From Candidatus Latescibacterota bacterium (lineage in GTDB: Bacteria > Latescibacterota > UBA2968 > GCA-2709665), in NCBI GenBank assembly GCA_965116875.1, contig OZ220733.1:2112001-2176000 (forward strand): a stretch of DNA of 64,000 bases, written 5' to 3'. The notes beneath the pieces were generated by a model. The model ran no database searches and was not told the origin of the DNA. It saw nothing but the letters and a program-made list of their open reading frames with translations. Positions 29,221 to 38,961 of this stretch are shown here, in pieces (position 1 is the first letter of the stretch; each line of letters starts with the position of its first letter). The position numbers were made by a program, and so were the translations under genes.

Positions 29221-31086
29221 ATGCGACTTCATTGGCGGCTGATGTTGCTCTGCGCGGCGGTGATCGCCATGGCCATGGCGGCCGTGCATCTGTATGCGTC
29301 CCGTACGATTCGCGAGGTCCTGCTGGCACAGCGGCGGGACGCGCTGACAACACAGGTCAGGACCGCCGCCGAGAATCTCGCCGACCGGTGGGAAGAGGCA
29401 ATCGCTTCCGGTACCTTGATTGAGATCGCAAACCGGACCGCACGGGCGCCGGACGTTCGCGCGTCTGTGATTGACGGCGCAGGGAACCTGTTGTGGGATT
29501 CGGAGGTGCGTGAGAAGGACCTCCCGCGGTTGCGGAACCAGGCGGAAAGCCCTGAAGTCCGGTCAGCCTGGGATGGCTCCGCGGGATGGCACGTCCGTAC
29601 CGGAGAAACCACCGGAATGCGAATGCTGTACGTGGCCAGGACCGTTCCCGGGTTGCGCGACGGGCGGGTGGTCGTTCGGCTGGCCGCGCCGCTGAGATAC
29701 GAGGGACCGCTGCAGGACCGTATCAATCGTGCGATCCTGCTGGCCTCCGTGCTGGGCCTGGCCCTTGCGTTTCTTCTGTCCCGCAGTGTCTCCCGGTCGG
29801 TGTCACGTCCCATACGGAAGCTGACCGGCGTCGCGCGCTCCCTGGTGGCGGGCGACTTCGATGACCCTTTGCCGTCCGGCGCTTTTCCGCGCGAAATCGG
29901 GGATCTCGCGCGGGCCCTGGACTCAACGCGGCAGCAGGTCCGGGACCGGATCGCGGCCATCCTTGGCGAAAGGTCACAATTCGAGACGATTCTCGCGGAC
30001 ATAACCGTGGGGATCCTCGTTACGGGACAGGACGGCCGCGTTCTGCTGACCAACCGCACGTTCGAGCGCCTGTTCGGCGTGACCTCCCCCACCGGGGGAC
30101 GGCTGCCGGTGGAAATGATCCGCGACATGCAGGTTCAGGAGGCAATCGAACAGACACTGAGGACCGGCGGCGCGCAGACGCGTGCGATGACGACTTCGGG
30201 GATATCCGAACGACATTTCGACGTGCACGTGGGACCCGTTCGGCGGGATGGCGTGGCGACGGGTGTGGTAGCGGTCTTCTACGACACGACCGAACTGCAT
30301 CGGCTGGAGCGTGCGCGCAAGGATTTCGTGGCCAATGTATCGCACGAAATACGTACGCCGCTAACGGCCATAAAAGGGTGCGCGGATACGCTGGCCGGGG
30401 GTGCGCTTGAAGACCGCGCAACCGCCGATCGATTTGTGCAGACCATACTCAGGCATTCAGACCGGCTCCAGTTGCTGCTGGAAGATCTGCTTGATCTGTC
30501 GCGGATGGAGTCCGACAGTCTGACAATGGAAATGGATGACTTCGCAATCCGGCGGGCGGTGGACCGGGCGTGCGACTCAGTCCGTCAACAGGCCGCCGGA
30601 AAGGACGTCTCCATTCTGGTGGAGGTTCCGGATGAATTGACGGTTCGCGGCGACCCGAAGCTGATCGGGCAGGCGCTGGTGAACCTGTTGGACAATGCGG
30701 TGAAATATACACCGGAAGGCGGGAAGGTTCGGGTTGCTGCCGAGCGGATCGGGACGGATGAGGATATCGCGGATTCCGGCGACACGCCGCTGTTTGTTCT
30801 GGCGGCGGATGCCGGCCGTCCGGATTCGGTTACGAGGCCGGACGGCTCAGCCGAACGCGTGGTGCTGGAAGTCGCGGATAACGGAATCGGGATCCCTTCC
30901 GATTCACTTCCGCGCGTATTCGAACGGTTTTACCGCGTGGAAAAGGGACGTTCCAGGAGTATGGGCGGAACGGGCCTGGGGCTTTCGATTGTCCGTCACG
31001 TCATTGAATCCCATGGAGAACGGGTATACGTGAAGAGCATACTCGGCGCCGGGTCGACGTTCGGCTTCACGCTGCCGATTGTATAG
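29221..31086 (+). CDS. phoR: Phosphate regulon sensor histidine kinase (TM-HAMP-PAS-HisKA-HATPase)
   Basis: DFVANVSHEIRTPLT, NLLDNAVKY, DNGIGIP, FERFYRV..GRSR..GGTGLGLSIV. Confidence 0.9.
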   Translation: MRLHWRLMLLCAAVIAMAMAAVHLYASRTIREVLLAQRRDALTTQVRTAAENLADRWEEAIASGTLIEIANRTARAPDVRASVIDGAGNLLWDSEVREKDLPRLRNQAESPEVRSAWDGSAGWHVRTGETTGMRMLYVARTVPGLRDGRVVVRLAAPLRYEGPLQDRINRAILLASVLGLALAFLLSRSVSRSVSRPIRKLTGVARSLVAGDFDDPLPSGAFPREIGDLARALDSTRQQVRDRIAAILGERSQFETILADITVGILVTGQDGRVLLTNRTFERLFGVTSPTGGRLPVEMIRDMQVQEAIEQTLRTGGAQTRAMTTSGISERHFDVHVGPVRRDGVATGVVAVFYDTTELHRLERARKDFVANVSHEIRTPLTAIKGCADTLAGGALEDRATADRFVQTILRHSDRLQLLLEDLLDLSRMESDSLTMEMDDFAIRRAVDRACDSVRQQAAGKDVSILVEVPDELTVRGDPKLIGQALVNLLDNAVKYTPEGGKVRVAAERIGTDEDIADSGDTPLFVLAADAGRPDSVTRPDGSAERVVLEVADNGIGIPSDSLPRVFERFYRVEKGRSRSMGGTGLGLSIVRHVIESHGERVYVKSILGAGSTFGFTLPIV

Positions 31087-31105
31087 CAAAGCGAAAGAAG
31101 TGATG

Positions 31106-31140
31106 ACGGGGGATCGCAGAAGCGTCCCCCGTTTTTTTTT
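31106..31140 (+). terminator. Intrinsic terminator between convergent phoR and ppk1
   Basis: ACGGGGGA/TCCCCCGT hairpin followed by a T9 tract. Confidence 0.8.
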
Positions 31141-31146
31141 CAGGCT

Positions 31147-33258
31147 TCAGCCTGATGGCGGGCCCGGTCCGTTGGCGGCGAAAAAGTCCGGAATCTCGAA
31201 CTGCTCCCCTCTCGCCAGCCCCATCAGGACTTCCTGCGAGGAAACGGCTGTCCGTCCGTTCGTCGCCTCGACGCGGCGATGGTCGCCGTCAGGCAGGACC
31301 TCGCGTGCTTTGACATTATCCGCCAGACATGGTGAGAGAATCCAGGACTGGATTCTCCGGATGAGTACCGGATCCTCGATCGGGCAGAGGATTTCCACGC
31401 GACGCCTGAGATTGCGAGGCATCCAGTCCGCGCTTCCCGTGTAAATCTCGGGTTTGGACCCGTTTTCGAACATGTAAATCCGGCTGTGCTCAAGATAGCG
31501 CCCGACAATACTCCTGACGCGAATTCGATCGCTGATTCCGGGAATGCCCGGGCGGATACAGCAGATCCCACGGACGATCAGGTCCACGTCAACGCCGTTC
31601 CGGGAAGCCCGGTAGAGCGCTCTGACGATCCTTGCATCCTGAAGCGAGTTCATTTTGCAGACGATGCGGGCCGGTCGCCCCCCCCTGGCGTGTTCAATCT
31701 CCCGATCGATTTTCGCAAGAATGGATTCCATCATATTAAAGGGAGCCACAAGCAGCTTTTTGACTTCAGGGCGTTCGGACTGGGTGGTGAGCAGGTTGAA
31801 CACCTCGGCCACGTCGCTGGTAATGTCCTCCCTGGCGGTCATCAAACCCAGATCCGTATATATCCGCGCCGTCGATGCATTGTAGTTGCCGGTACCGATG
31901 TGGACGTATCGGCGGAGGCCATCGGCTTCGCGCCGGACCAGCATGGAGAGCTTGCAATGCGTCTTCAGGCCAACCACGCCGTACGCGACGTAAACACCCG
32001 CATCCTGCAGTTGCCGGGCCCATCGGATATTGGATGCCTCGTCGAATCGGGCTTTGAGTTCCACGATTACCGTTACCTCTTTGCCCGCTTCCGCGGCCTT
32101 GAGCAGCGCATCCATGATGGGCGAGTCTTCGGTGGTCCGATAGAGCGTCTGCTTGATGGCCAGCACGTCAGGGTCCCGGGCGGCGGACTGAATAAACTGC
32201 ACGACCGGATAAAACGAGTCATATGGATGGTGCAGCAGGATGTCCCGTTGCCGGACCTCGGCGAAGAGCTGGTCGAAGTCTTCGGCGAATGGGTACTCTG
32301 CCGGAATATACGGCGTGTCCTTCAGGTCCGGACGTCTTGTGGCCGCGTAGAGCATCATCAGCCGGTTTAGATTGACCGGCCCGTTGACGCGGTAGACCTG
32401 CTTTTCGCGCAGATGATAGATCGCCCGAAGCCGTCGTTCGATCTGTTTCGGCGCCGACGCGTCGATTTCCAGCCGGACCGTATCGCCCTTGCGCCTGCGT
32501 TTGAGTTCGTCTTCGATGGCCAGAAGCAGGTCGTCGGCCTCCTCTTCGTCGAGGTAGAGATCGCTGTTGCGTGTGATTCGAAAAGCGGCCGTGCCAAGAA
32601 TCTTGTAGCCCCGGTACAGCTTCGGGATGTGCGCGCGCACGAGGTCGGCCAGGAACACGTAATCCATGCGCCTGCCCTCGTCTTCCCTGGGCAGACGGAT
32701 GAGACGGGGCAGCACGCGCGGAACGGTAACGACCCCGAACAGGGTGTCGCCCTCGCTGTCCCTGAGCAATACGGCAAGGCAGAGCGACTTGTTCACCACA
32801 CGTGGAAAAGGATGGGCCGGGTTGACGGTTAGGGGCGTGAGAACCGGATGCAGTTCATCCAGCCAGTACTCCCGGATAAATGCCTGTTCCGCGCTATTCA
32901 GGTCTTTCAGCGAACGGATATGCACGTCGGCCTTTTTCAGGGCGGGCAACAACTCGTCGTTCCAGCAGGCATATTGTTCGTCGACCATCCGGTGGGCTTC
33001 ACTGGAAACGGCTTCATATAACTCTTCCGGTAACAGCCCGTCAGGGCCGGCATCGGGAACACTGGCTTCCATCTGCTGAAGCAGGCCCGCAACGCGGATC
33101 TCGAAAAACTCGTCCAGATTGTTCGCCACAATAGCGAGGAACTTCACCCTCTCCAGCAGAGGATTCTTCGGGTCCCGGGCCTCCTCGAGGACGCGTTCGT
33201 TGAAGCGAAGCCAGGATATTTCCCGGTTGGTATACAATTTTGGATCGTCCAGATTCAT
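31147..33258 (-). CDS. ppk1: Polyphosphate kinase 1
   Basis: NREISWLRFNERVL, HHPYDSF, IKQTLYRT, KARFDE, LKTHCK, GTGNYN, LEHSRI, GSADWM.RNL. Confidence 0.98.
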   Translation of the reverse strand: MNLDDPKLYTNREISWLRFNERVLEEARDPKNPLLERVKFLAIVANNLDEFFEIRVAGLLQQMEASVPDAGPDGLLPEELYEAVSSEAHRMVDEQYACWNDELLPALKKADVHIRSLKDLNSAEQAFIREYWLDELHPVLTPLTVNPAHPFPRVVNKSLCLAVLLRDSEGDTLFGVVTVPRVLPRLIRLPREDEGRRMDYVFLADLVRAHIPKLYRGYKILGTAAFRITRNSDLYLDEEEADDLLLAIEDELKRRRKGDTVRLEIDASAPKQIERRLRAIYHLREKQVYRVNGPVNLNRLMMLYAATRRPDLKDTPYIPAEYPFAEDFDQLFAEVRQRDILLHHPYDSFYPVVQFIQSAARDPDVLAIKQTLYRTTEDSPIMDALLKAAEAGKEVTVIVELKARFDEASNIRWARQLQDAGVYVAYGVVGLKTHCKLSMLVRREADGLRRYVHIGTGNYNASTARIYTDLGLMTAREDITSDVAEVFNLLTTQSERPEVKKLLVAPFNMMESILAKIDREIEHARGGRPARIVCKMNSLQDARIVRALYRASRNGVDVDLIVRGICCIRPGIPGISDRIRVRSIVGRYLEHSRIYMFENGSKPEIYTGSADWMPRNLRRRVEILCPIEDPVLIRRIQSWILSPCLADNVKAREVLPDGDHRRVEATNGRTAVSSQEVLMGLARGEQFEIPDFFAANGPGPPSG

Positions 33259-33434
33259 ACCGCGAATCCCGTTGTTGACTTACGCCATCTACGTCTGCCA
33301 CGCGCCAAGATAGGCCAGCGCAATGCCCCAGTCAATCGGAATCGGGCTTGCAAGTCACTACTGTTCTGGGGTTTGACGGACCCGGTGTTCTGTCCCGGGA
33401 ACAAGCTTTCTGAATTCGACCGCCGAGTCGCCCG

Positions 33435-34184
33435 TCAACGTTCCGACGCCATCGCCTTCAGTTCGTGCCAGAGGTCCTGATACGCCTCCGCGGCAGGCGA
33501 GCCCGGAGCGAAGCATGGGACCGGTTCCCGGTGGATTCCCATTTTTTCAACTTCCGAGGCGTAGGGAATCTGCGTATCCAGAAAGCGGTGTTCCCGTTCT
33601 TTGCCGGCGGTCAGGATTTCGCTGTGCATGCGCTTCCGTTTCTCGACCATGGTGAAAAAAGGGTAGATCCCGGAGACGTCCCGGACCCTGGATTTGAAGA
33701 AGTCTACCAGTTGGTCATAGGTACGCATGGATAACGTGGTTGGAATACAGGGTACCAGAACGATGTCTGAGGCAAAAAGCATGTTTTCGGACACCAGGCC
33801 GATGCCCGGCGGACAGTCGAGAAAGATGAAGTCGTATGTCTTGCGATAGGGCTTCAGGATGCGACGGAGCCGCTTCGAGGAGCCCTTGAGTTTACTCAGC
33901 ATCGTATCCAGGTTTCGGAACGACAGGTTGGAAGGAAGCAGGTCCAGGTTCTCATAGTCGGTACCGCGAATCCGCTTCTCTATCCTGCGCCCGCCGCGAA
34001 GGAATTTTCGTCCCGGGAGTTTCCTGGAGGGTTTGATTCGAAAATAGAACGCGGCCGATCCCTGGGGGTCCAGATCGAACAGAATGGTCTGTGCCCCATC
34101 GCGCGCCGCGAGATAGGCCAGGTTCACCGCCGCAGCGGTTTTTCCCACCCCGCCCTTGATATTGTACAGGGCGACTGTTGCCAT
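33435..34184 (-). CDS. ParA/MinD-family ATPase (no ParB nearby)
   Basis: Deviant Walker A KGGVGKT, DLDPQGSA, DCPPG. Confidence 0.92.
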   Translation of the reverse strand: MATVALYNIKGGVGKTAAAVNLAYLAARDGAQTILFDLDPQGSAAFYFRIKPSRKLPGRKFLRGGRRIEKRIRGTDYENLDLLPSNLSFRNLDTMLSKLKGSSKRLRRILKPYRKTYDFIFLDCPPGIGLVSENMLFASDIVLVPCIPTTLSMRTYDQLVDFFKSRVRDVSGIYPFFTMVEKRKRMHSEILTAGKEREHRFLDTQIPYASEVEKMGIHREPVPCFAPGSPAAEAYQDLWHELKAMASER

Positions 34185-34406
34185 GGAATTAGCCCCAATT
34201 CCGCAAAAAACGCAACGCGGCACCGCGAAAAAACCTTCGTAAACCCGCCGAAATGGTCGTTAGCAGTCCGTTGATAAAGTCGCTCTGCAGGCGAGACCTG
34301 GTGTTCCGTCCCGGAAATATGTCACCATTCATCCGCCGATTCATCCCGTCTGGCGGCGTTGCCTTCGCTCGCGCTCGGGAACTCACCGGCATTTTGAAAT
34401 GGCTTC

Positions 34407-35942
34407 TCAGGCGAACAGGCGTCGGAACGTGGCGGCAACCTCCGCCCGGTTGAATTCCGCAAAGGTCTTCGAAAACGCCGCGCGGACGGTCTGTTGTTCG
34501 CGGTAAAGGCAGCCGATAAGCCCGCCGATGGCGGCGAAGGTTTCCGGGTGAGTCCTCGCCGGAGACAACGCTTCCAGGTACGACTTCAGGTCGTCCTGTT
34601 GAACGGAAAGGTCGTTGAAGTCACCCAGGTTGTCCTGCAGGTTTTTGAGGTGTTCGACAATCAGCCGGACCTCTCCCGCAGGGAAAAGGGACGCGAAGAA
34701 CTCGAGGAGGTATCGCAGTTTCTTGCACTCGATCCGCAGCCGGTGCAGTTCGTCGTCCGGCGTGGACCCGTCAATCGCGGCGCCCAGTTCGATCACGCGA
34801 CCGTATCTCTTGTCGATAAACCCCTGCGCCAGTTTTTTCGCCGGCGCTTCCGCATTGTCCGGAGAACCGGATTCCGGCGGGCACTTCAGAAACGCCGCCC
34901 AGTCCGCTGCGATACTTCGATACCTTTCGCCGTCCAGGGCCGCGGCCAGACGCCTGTGTTCGCCCGTACGCTCCGCCCGAAGGTACTCGAATAGCGGATC
35001 CAGTCGAGGCCGCAGATATCCGGGCAGGAGGGACCGGTACGCGTCCTGCTTGAGCAGGGCGACGTCCAGATCGCGCAGGCGATTGGTGAGTTTTCCGAGA
35101 TAGGAAAAGTCTTTCCGGAAGCGACCGAGCGGAACTTCCGGAAAAACGGATTTGATCTGGCTGAGGGCTGATCGGGTACGTCGGATTCCCACCCTGAAAT
35201 CGTGCAGAAATTCGGTATCGAGGTCCTTTTTGATCCCCGTTTCATTGCGCCTGATGGTTCTGAACAGGTGACCCAGGATCCGCCTCGCCGCCTCCGCGCC
35301 GTTCAGATCGGGTTCCAGAGCGATATTGAGTTTCGAGGTATAGTCCCCGGGGTTTCTGCCGGTCGCACGCATGGCGGCATGGAACAGGTCTTCGGTCCGG
35401 GGTTCGGCGCCGGCGTCGCGCAGGGACCGGACAAGCCTGCGGGAGTGCTTCTCATACCCCCGGACGGGCCGAAGCGAAACCGTGTTGAACGGTTGTCCGT
35501 TACGTGTGGCGCCCGCCACCCTGGCCCGTTCAAGTTCTGCGATAACGACGGTCTTTTCATTCCTGTTGAGAACACGGACGGTCTGCCTGCGGATTCTGGC
35601 GCGCGCGAGGGGCAACAGCGCACGTACGCTCAAATGTGCCTGCAGGACCTCCTTCAAGTGTCCCTCGGGTAAATCCGTGCTGTATACCGGATCGGTTCCG
35701 CACGGCAGGTTGAGCGATGCGACTGTTTCGCTGTCACACAGTCTGTAGAGAAGGTAACGGTCCTGATCATGTAACAGCACAAGATTCCTGTTGAAAAGGC
35801 GCCAGTCGAACGTGTCGAAAAAGGTCTGCACCTGCACCGTGTCGTCCATCGGTTCGCAGGTATGGGAACCGGCGGCCTCTTCCCAGATGCTGCGTGGATC
35901 GACCGATGCCGGCAGGCGCAGTGAACATCGTCTGTGTTTCAT
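34407..35942 (-). CDS. CHAD-domain polyphosphate-binding protein with an N-terminal CYTH-like region
   Basis: DTEFLHDFRVGIRRTRS, LHRLRIECKKLRYLLEFF, LQDNLGDFND. N-terminal TFFDTFDWRL. Confidence 0.92.
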   Translation of the reverse strand: MKHRRCSLRLPASVDPRSIWEEAAGSHTCEPMDDTVQVQTFFDTFDWRLFNRNLVLLHDQDRYLLYRLCDSETVASLNLPCGTDPVYSTDLPEGHLKEVLQAHLSVRALLPLARARIRRQTVRVLNRNEKTVVIAELERARVAGATRNGQPFNTVSLRPVRGYEKHSRRLVRSLRDAGAEPRTEDLFHAAMRATGRNPGDYTSKLNIALEPDLNGAEAARRILGHLFRTIRRNETGIKKDLDTEFLHDFRVGIRRTRSALSQIKSVFPEVPLGRFRKDFSYLGKLTNRLRDLDVALLKQDAYRSLLPGYLRPRLDPLFEYLRAERTGEHRRLAAALDGERYRSIAADWAAFLKCPPESGSPDNAEAPAKKLAQGFIDKRYGRVIELGAAIDGSTPDDELHRLRIECKKLRYLLEFFASLFPAGEVRLIVEHLKNLQDNLGDFNDLSVQQDDLKSYLEALSPARTHPETFAAIGGLIGCLYREQQTVRAAFSKTFAEFNRAEVAATFRRLFA

Positions 35943-36357
35943 GGCGTCTTTTCCATCAACGCTCGCCCCGGAGGTGCGACGCGTACAGCCGTTTCAATCC
36001 GTGAAGCTGGAAAACGTGCCCGATAGACAGAAGGCCGATGCCCAGAGACATCAGCCTTTTTCGCACTTCCCTGAGGATTCTTCGTTCAGTCCTCATAGCT
36101 CAGGAGTCTGTAACATACGTGATGTGCCGCATCAGCCTCAATTCGAAGATAGACAGCAGTCATATTGGCCACAAAAAGCCTGAAAGCGGGGAGACGTTAG
36201 AGGTGAGACGGGAGAAGAAGCCCATGCCATGTATGTTCTTCCTTCTTGCCTTCGGCACGAGAAGAATCCTCACAAGGCAGGTAATCTCTACCCTCTTCCG
36301 TCTCACGTCTCCCTGCTTCTGGGGCGCCGGGGGAGAGGTCCCGAATACGTCCAGCGA

Positions 36358-36449
36358 CCTGGTGTATCCTGGTAATCCGCCGTTGAATCGCCTTTATTAA
36401 CTAATACATATTCGAATTAACGTCCACGACAGCTTACGAATCAAGGTTA
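36358..36449 (+). repeat. Right part of MITE-like family A element
   Basis: Shares GTAATC.GC.GTTGAATCGCCTTTATT...CATATTCGAATTAACG...CTTACGAATCAAGGTTA with 37833-37911 and 42964-43055. Confidence 0.85.
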
Positions 36450-36578
36450 GAAGCAGGCATTGCGCTATCCGGATAATAATACGTTGAACCGGTCCAAAAA
36501 ACAAGAAAGACCGCACAGGCGCTGAAGCGGTCATCCTCCGCACGGGCCAATCCGGTGTTCCGGAAGCCGGCCCGATCA

Positions 36579-36634
36579 TCGTAACACACTTGTCACACGA
36601 CGGTCACCTTTCCGTAACGGAAGCGCGATATATT
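36579..36634 (+). promoter_or_regulatory. Pho box (four 11-bp-phased repeats) and -10 element upstream of the porin-pstSCAB-phoU operon
   Basis: GTAAC/GTCAC/GTCAC/GTAAC at 36581, 36592, 36603 and 36614. TATATT lies exactly 10 bp after the last repeat, the canonical PhoB promoter geometry. Confidence 0.85.
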
Positions 36635-36807
36635 GGCTCCGTCTGCGATCGTAAGTTCGGATCGGCGGCAACGGAACTGCGCTGGTGTGAGATCCCCGGC
36701 GTAGCGCCTTCCGTTCGATCCTTCACCTCGGCAAACGGAATTCGGGGATCCGCAGGTACCGCCAGGAAGGATGTCCGGGTCGATTTGCCGCCCACACGGG
36801 AGGAGCT

Positions 36808-37782
36808 ATGCTGCTGAAGGGGATCGTCTGGGGATGTGCCGCGCTGTTGAGCCTGGGTCTTTTCGGGCCCGTGGAGGGCGCCGAAGGCAAGTTCAAAGGG
36901 ATTGCCTTCGGTGATTACTATTTTGTTGTCGCCGGCGCGGAAAAGAACGAAAACGGTTTCAGGTTCCGGAGGATCTATCTGACGTACGACCTCAAATGGA
37001 ATGACCGCTGGTCCGGACGGGTGCGCTACGAAGCAAATGATGCGGGATTCGGCGGCGAAGACAAGATGAGGCCGTTCGTGAAGCACGGGTATCTGCGATA
37101 CGGTGCGAACGGCCAGACGGTGAACATGGGGTTGTTCGGCACACCCACCTGGAACGTGTCCGAACGAATATGGGGTTACCGGTCCATTGCAAAGACAATC
37201 ATGGATCTGCGCAAGATCGGCTCTTCCGCGGATCTCGGTGTGGGGTATAAGGGAAAGCTGGATGGCGCCGGCAGGGTGAACGCGCAGCTGATGTTCGGAA
37301 ACGGCAGCGGCCAGCGTCCGGAGGCCGACAACGGCAAGAAAGTGTACTCCCTGCTGCATCTGAAACCCACGGACGTCGTTGAAGCCACGGTCTACGTCGA
37401 TTGGGAAGGCAAGCCCGAAGGCAGGGATCGCATAACGTTCGCGGGGATGCTGGGTACTTCAGTCGAGAGTTTTCGCTTCGGACTGGAGGGATTTATCCGA
37501 AATAACAGAAGAGCGATGTCAGGCGAGGACGTGCGGATACGGGGCATTTCGGTATTCGGTGCCGTTAACGTAAAACCTCAAGTCGACGTATTCGGTCGCC
37601 TGGACTTTTTCGATCCCGACCGGAGCACGGAACAGGACGAGGAGTTCATGATTATTGCCGGAATCGACGTGGCGCCGGCAGGGAACATCCACATCATGCC
37701 CAATGTCGTGGCGACGATCATGCGGTCTCCCGACGCGGACACCGAAGTGATGCCCCGGATGACGGCGAGCTACAAGTTTTAG
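36808..37782 (+). CDS. Outer-membrane beta-barrel, probable phosphate-selective porin
   Basis: Signal peptide, GFRFRRIYL, alternating beta pattern, C-terminal YKF. First gene after the Pho box. Confidence 0.75.
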   Translation: MLLKGIVWGCAALLSLGLFGPVEGAEGKFKGIAFGDYYFVVAGAEKNENGFRFRRIYLTYDLKWNDRWSGRVRYEANDAGFGGEDKMRPFVKHGYLRYGANGQTVNMGLFGTPTWNVSERIWGYRSIAKTIMDLRKIGSSADLGVGYKGKLDGAGRVNAQLMFGNGSGQRPEADNGKKVYSLLHLKPTDVVEATVYVDWEGKPEGRDRITFAGMLGTSVESFRFGLEGFIRNNRRAMSGEDVRIRGISVFGAVNVKPQVDVFGRLDFFDPDRSTEQDEEFMIIAGIDVAPAGNIHIMPNVVATIMRSPDADTEVMPRMTASYKF

Positions 37783-37799
37783 TCCTGCCCGATCATTAC

Positions 37800-37911
37800 T
37801 AACCATTCGGCTGCCGACTCATCCCGTCTCGCGTAATCCGCCGTCTAATCGCCCTTATTTACAATTACATATTCGAATTACCGTTTCCGAAGACTTACGA
37901 ATCAAGGTTAA
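37800..37911 (+). repeat. Shortened MITE-like family A element upstream of pstS
   Basis: Ends in CGAATCAAGGTTAA; body shared with the copies at 36358 and 42964. Confidence 0.8.
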
Positions 37912-37934
37912 CCCTCAACATCAGGAGGATCAGA

Positions 37935-38921
37935 ATGATCATACGAACACTCGTCGGCGTATCTTTGCTGATCGTCGCGGCGGTACCGGTGCAGGTGCAG
38001 GCGCAGACGCTGGAAGTCGATCCACGAATTCCTGCCTACACAAAGGCGAGAGGGGTTTCGGGGAGCGCCAGCAGCATCGGGTCGGATACGATGAACAACA
38101 TGATGGCGCTGTGGCTGGAGGGCTTTCGGAAATACTATCCCAACGTCAACGTCCAGATCGAAGGCAAGGGATCCAGCACCGCGCCGCCCGCGCTGATCAA
38201 AGGCACCGCGCAGTTCGGGCCCATGTCCCGCGCGATGAAGGCGACGGAAGTGGACAAGTTCGAGCAGGCGTTCGGGTACCCGCCCACGCAGTTGAGGACC
38301 GCCCTCGATGCCCTGGCGGTCTTTGTCAACAAGGACAATCCCATTAAGGGATTGACCCTGCAGCAGGTGGATGCTATTTTTTCGAAAACCCGTCGACGGG
38401 GTCATCCCGGGGACATCCAACGTTGGGGCGAAGCGGGATGGACCGGCGATCGGGCATCGGCGCTGATCAGTATGTACGGTCGGAATTCTGCATCCGGCAC
38501 GTATGGTTTCTTTAAAAAGTACGCCCTTTCCAAAGGCGACTTCAAAGATGAGGTCAAGGAACAGCCGGGATCGGCTTCCGTCGTGCAGGGGATCGCGGAA
38601 GACCGGTTTGGAATCGGTTACAGTGGAATTGGATACAGGACGTCGGACGTGCGCGTCGTACCGCTCGCGGATGATCCTTCGGATGGATTCAAAGACGCCA
38701 GCATGGAGAACGTCCTCGACGGCACCTACCCGCTGGGCCGATTCTTGTACATTTACATAAACAAGACACCTGGCAAGCCGCTCGATCCGATCGTGCGAGA
38801 GTTCTGCAGGTATATATTTTCGAAAGAGGGACAGGAGGTCGTAATCAAGGATGGTTACATGCCTGTACCTTTTGAGGTCGTTGAAGAAGAATTGGCGAGG
38901 CTTGAAGCGGACGCTATGTAG
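37935..38921 (+). CDS. pstS: Phosphate ABC transporter substrate-binding protein
   Basis: GSDTM, GKGSSTA, MSRAMK, GRNSASGTY, YPLGRFLYIY. Confidence 0.96.
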   Translation: MIIRTLVGVSLLIVAAVPVQVQAQTLEVDPRIPAYTKARGVSGSASSIGSDTMNNMMALWLEGFRKYYPNVNVQIEGKGSSTAPPALIKGTAQFGPMSRAMKATEVDKFEQAFGYPPTQLRTALDALAVFVNKDNPIKGLTLQQVDAIFSKTRRRGHPGDIQRWGEAGWTGDRASALISMYGRNSASGTYGFFKKYALSKGDFKDEVKEQPGSASVVQGIAEDRFGIGYSGIGYRTSDVRVVPLADDPSDGFKDASMENVLDGTYPLGRFLYIYINKTPGKPLDPIVREFCRYIFSKEGQEVVIKDGYMPVPFEVVEEELARLEADAM

Positions 38922-38961
38922 TCGGGCCTCCCGCCCAATGGATCGATTCAGGGTTTGGCGA

